Assembly: GCA_964291625.2 (NCBI GenBank)
Contig: OZ220089.1
Location: 1,600,001-1,664,000 of the forward strand
Source of the DNA: Candidatus Latescibacterota bacterium
Lineage (GTDB): Bacteria > Latescibacterota > UBA2968 > UBA8231
Length of the DNA stretch: 64,000 nucleotides
Direction: 5' to 3'
The notes under the pieces were generated by a model, which made no database searches, was not told where the DNA came from, and worked only from the letters and a program-made list of their open reading frames with translations. The position numbers and the translations under genes are program-made. Within the stretch, counting starts at the first letter, position 1. The number at the start of each line of letters is the position of its first letter. Shown here one piece after another: positions 61,254-64,000 of this stretch.

Positions 61254-64000
61254 CTACTCCAGCGCGATCGCCGTAGGACCCGGCAATCCGGAAACGAGAT
61301 CCTTGATGTCCGATCCGTCGAGGCTTGCGCTCTGGATCTTGCGAGTCCCGCTGTCGGTCCAGTACATCCTGCCTGCCTCTACATCCAGAGCCAGTCCCCT
61401 GGGGCCGCTCAGAGTCGTGACAAGGTCCTGGACATTGGATCCGTCGAGGTTGGCCCGCTGGATTTTACCTGCCAAGTTATCTGTCCAGTACATCCAGTTC
61501 CCGTCCACATCCAAAGCCAATTTGTCAGGGTTATTCAGTCCGGTGGCGACGAGATCCTGCACGTCCGATCCGTCAAGGTTGGCCCGCTGGATCTTGTCCG
61601 TGCCTTGATCCGCCCAGTACATCATGCCTCTCGCAATATCCAGGGCCAGACCCCTTGGCGTGGCCAATCCCCTTGTGACGAGGTCTTCGATGTTGGATCC
61701 GTCGAGGTTGGACCGCTGGATCTTGTCGGTGTTCAGATCCGTCCAGTACATCTCTCCCGCGGTCAGATCCAGGGCGAGGCCCGAGGGATAGTCGAGGGTG
61801 GTGATGAGGTCTTCGACATTGGATCCGTCGAGGTTGGACCGCTGGATCTTGTCCGTGCCTTGATCCACCCAGTACATCTTGCCCTCCGTGAGATCCAAGG
61901 CAATATCACCCGGATCCCTCAATCCTCCCGTGACCAGGTTCTCCACGTTTGATCCATCGATGTTGGCTCTTTGGATCATGTCCCGGCGGGAGTCCGTCCA
62001 GTACATCCTGGTCTTGTCGGGAATCCTCACGGCATAGGTCCTCAGCACCGCCTGATCGGAGACCCTGCGCAACTCCACCTTGGCCTCTCCCGGCTCGCAG
62101 GCGGCCAGGTAGACGGACTGCCCGTGGTGGCGGGTGAGGCTGGCCTCCGCCTGGGCCGGGCATTGGCCGGTTTCCCCTTCGGACGGGGCGATCAGGATTC
62201 GAGGGGGGCTGCCGATGGGGTTGGCCACCACGAGGACCGGCTCCGTGGCCTGGACCTCAAAGCGGCGCCAGGTCCCGCTCCGGGGCAATGACACCGAGGC
62301 CGGATTCGGGGACAGGGAGGCGAAGGGATTGGCCAGCGCCAGGCCGGTGGGGCTGTCGGTTGATCGGGTGAGAAGGGTCTCGACGTTGGATCCGTCGAGA
62401 TCGGCCCTCCCGATCCTCCGGGTCCCGGCGTCGGCCCAGTAGATCTTGCCGCCGGCCAGATCCAGAGCCAGGCCCCTGGCGATACTCAGTCCGGTCGTCA
62501 CGAGGTCTTCGACGTTGGAGCCGTCGAGGTCGGCCCGCTGGATCTTGTCGGTGCCGTAGTCGGTCCAGTAGATCTTGCCGGCCCCCGTATCGAGAGCCAG
62601 GTCGCCGGGGATCTTCAGGCCGGTGGTGATCAGGTCCTCCACATTGGAGCCGTCGAGGTTGGCCCGCTGGATCTTGTTGGTGCCGTAGTCGGACCAGTAG
62701 ACCTTGCCGCCGTCCACATCCAGGGCCAGGCCCTCGGGGCTGTGCAGGCCCACGGAGACCAGGGTCTCGACTCGGGACCCATCGAGGTTGGCCCGCTGGA
62801 CCTTGTTGGAGCCGGCGTCGGTCCAGTAGAGGTGGCCGTGGTCCCGGTCCAGGGCGATGGCCACGGGACGGATCAGCCCGGCGTTGACGACGGCCGCCGT
62901 CTCGGAGCCGTCGAGGTCGGCGCGCCAGATCCAGCGGCTGCCCTGGTCGGTCCAGTAGATGTGGCCCTCCACCACGTCGACGGCCAGGCTCCGGGGCGAG
63001 CCGAAGGCGACCAGGTCTTCGACGTTGGCGCCGTCGGCATCGGCGCGCTGGATCTTGTCGCCGGTGGTCCAGTAGATCGTGGCGATGCCGGGGCCGGTGG
63101 TCGCGGGCGGCAGCTCCTCGATGTGGAACGTGTAGGTCCTCAGGAGGGTCTGGTCCGAGGCCCTCCGCAATTCCACCTTGCCCGGCCCGGCTTCGCAGCC
63201 GGACAGATTGAGGGTCTGGCCGTCGCTGCGGGTTACGCTGTCCCGGGCCACGGCGGGGCATCGGTTGGAAGCCCCGCCGCTGCCGGTGATCTCAACCCTC
63301 GGGGTGGAGCCGGTGGGGTTGGCCACGACGACGACGGACTCGCTGGCCTGGAGGGTGAAGGCGTGCCAGGCGCCATCGTCGAGGAACTCCACCGTCGACG
63401 GGTCCGGCGACAGCGTGGCCACAGGGGCGGCTTCCCCGCTGGATATGGCCAGGGCCAGTGCCGTGGGCCCGCTCAGGCCGGTAACGAGGGTCTGGATATT
63501 GGAACCGTCGAGATCGGCGCTCTGTATCCTGTCCGGCATGATTTCCGTCCAGTACATCCTGCCACCATCCAGATCCAGGGCTATGCCCCGGGGTTGGCCC
63601 AGTTCAGTGACGAGGTCTTCCACCTTGGAGCCGTCGAGATCAGCGCGCTGAATCTTCCCCTGGCCGGACTCTGTCCAGTACATCTTTCCCCCCTCCAAGT
63701 CCAGGGCCAGTTTGTCGGGGACGTCCAGCCCCGTGGCGACGAGATCCTGCACGTCAGATCCGTCGAGGTTGGACCGCTGGATCTTGTCCGTGCCATGGTC
63801 CGCCCAGTACATCTTGCCTCTCGCGATATCCAGGGCCAGGCCCCTTGGGGTGATCAATCCCCTTGTGACGAGGTCTTCGATGTTGGACCCGTCGAGGTTG
63901 GCCCGCTGGATCTTGTCCGTGTTCAGATCCGTCCAGTACATCTTTCCCGCGGCCAGATCCAGGGCGAGGCCCGAGGGATAGTCCAGCGTGGTGATGAGGT
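61254..64000 (-). CDS. YWTD (LDL-receptor class B) beta-propeller repeat protein; 5' end lies beyond the window
   Basis: Many MYWTD...KIQRANLDGSNVEDLV repeats in three blocks separated by two related linker domains. Confidence 0.9.
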   Translation of the reverse strand, partial: LITTLDYPSGLALDLAAGKMYWTDLNTDKIQRANLDGSNIEDLVTRGLITPRGLALDIARGKMYWADHGTDKIQRSNLDGSDVQDLVATGLDVPDKLALDLEGGKMYWTESGQGKIQRADLDGSKVEDLVTELGQPRGIALDLDGGRMYWTEIMPDRIQSADLDGSNIQTLVTGLSGPTALALAISSGEAAPVATLSPDPSTVEFLDDGAWHAFTLQASESVVVVANPTGSTPRVEITGSGGASNRCPAVARDSVTRSDGQTLNLSGCEAGPGKVELRRASDQTLLRTYTFHIEELPPATTGPGIATIYWTTGDKIQRADADGANVEDLVAFGSPRSLAVDVVEGHIYWTDQGSRWIWRADLDGSETAAVVNAGLIRPVAIALDRDHGHLYWTDAGSNKVQRANLDGSRVETLVSVGLHSPEGLALDVDGGKVYWSDYGTNKIQRANLDGSNVEDLITTGLKIPGDLALDTGAGKIYWTDYGTDKIQRADLDGSNVEDLVTTGLSIARGLALDLAGGKIYWADAGTRRIGRADLDGSNVETLLTRSTDSPTGLALANPFASLSPNPASVSLPRSGTWRRFEVQATEPVLVVANPIGSPPRILIAPSEGETGQCPAQAEASLTRHHGQSVYLAACEPGEAKVELRRVSDQAVLRTYAVRIPDKTRMYWTDSRRDMIQRANIDGSNVENLVTGGLRDPGDIALDLTEGKMYWVDQGTDKIQRSNLDGSNVEDLITTLDYPSGLALDLTAGEMYWTDLNTDKIQRSNLDGSNIEDLVTRGLATPRGLALDIARGMMYWADQGTDKIQRANLDGSDVQDLVATGLNNPDKLALDVDGNWMYWTDNLAGKIQRANLDGSNVQDLVTTLSGPRGLALDVEAGRMYWTDSGTRKIQSASLDGSDIKDLVSGLPGPTAIALE

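Noticed and set aside
61254-64000. Diversity-generating retroelement template/variable repeat pair
   Set aside because: No reverse transcriptase in the window, both copies are in-frame coding, and the differences are not adenine-specific.
1-64000. tRNA, rRNA or riboswitch genes
   Set aside because: None recognisable by eye; an Infernal/tRNAscan-SE run would be needed to exclude them.

Overview
High-GC bacterial genomic window. Dockerin-like EF-hand repeats, a 'QNAPNPFN' FlgD/sorting-type C-terminus and expanded WD40/YWTD proteins suggest Ca. Latescibacterota or a related lineage, possibly host- or sponge-associated (inference only). From left to right it contains: two divergent sigma-54 activators lacking sensor domains; housekeeping genes (RlmI-like methyltransferase, parA, mazG, CDGSH Fe-S protein); an 11-subunit complex I operon (nuoABCDHIJKLMN, no nuoEFG); and an accessory RNA-damage/defence block (APH(6)-like kinase, MNT-HEPN, Hen1, Pnkp). 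That block is followed by a 5 x 23-bp phased direct-repeat array abutting a sigma-70 promoter of an AAA+/DUF4143 ATPase-nuclease gene, which is the most unusual unexplained structure here. Next come catabolic genes, a decayed VapBC45-like pair, a ~1 kb duplicated beta-helix gene, and a lower-GC island (two-component system, degenerate IS481, B12 radical SAM, membrane protein). The window ends with large secreted repeat proteins. Several homopolymer frameshifts suggest uncorrected long-read errors, so pseudogene and fusion calls need read-level checks.
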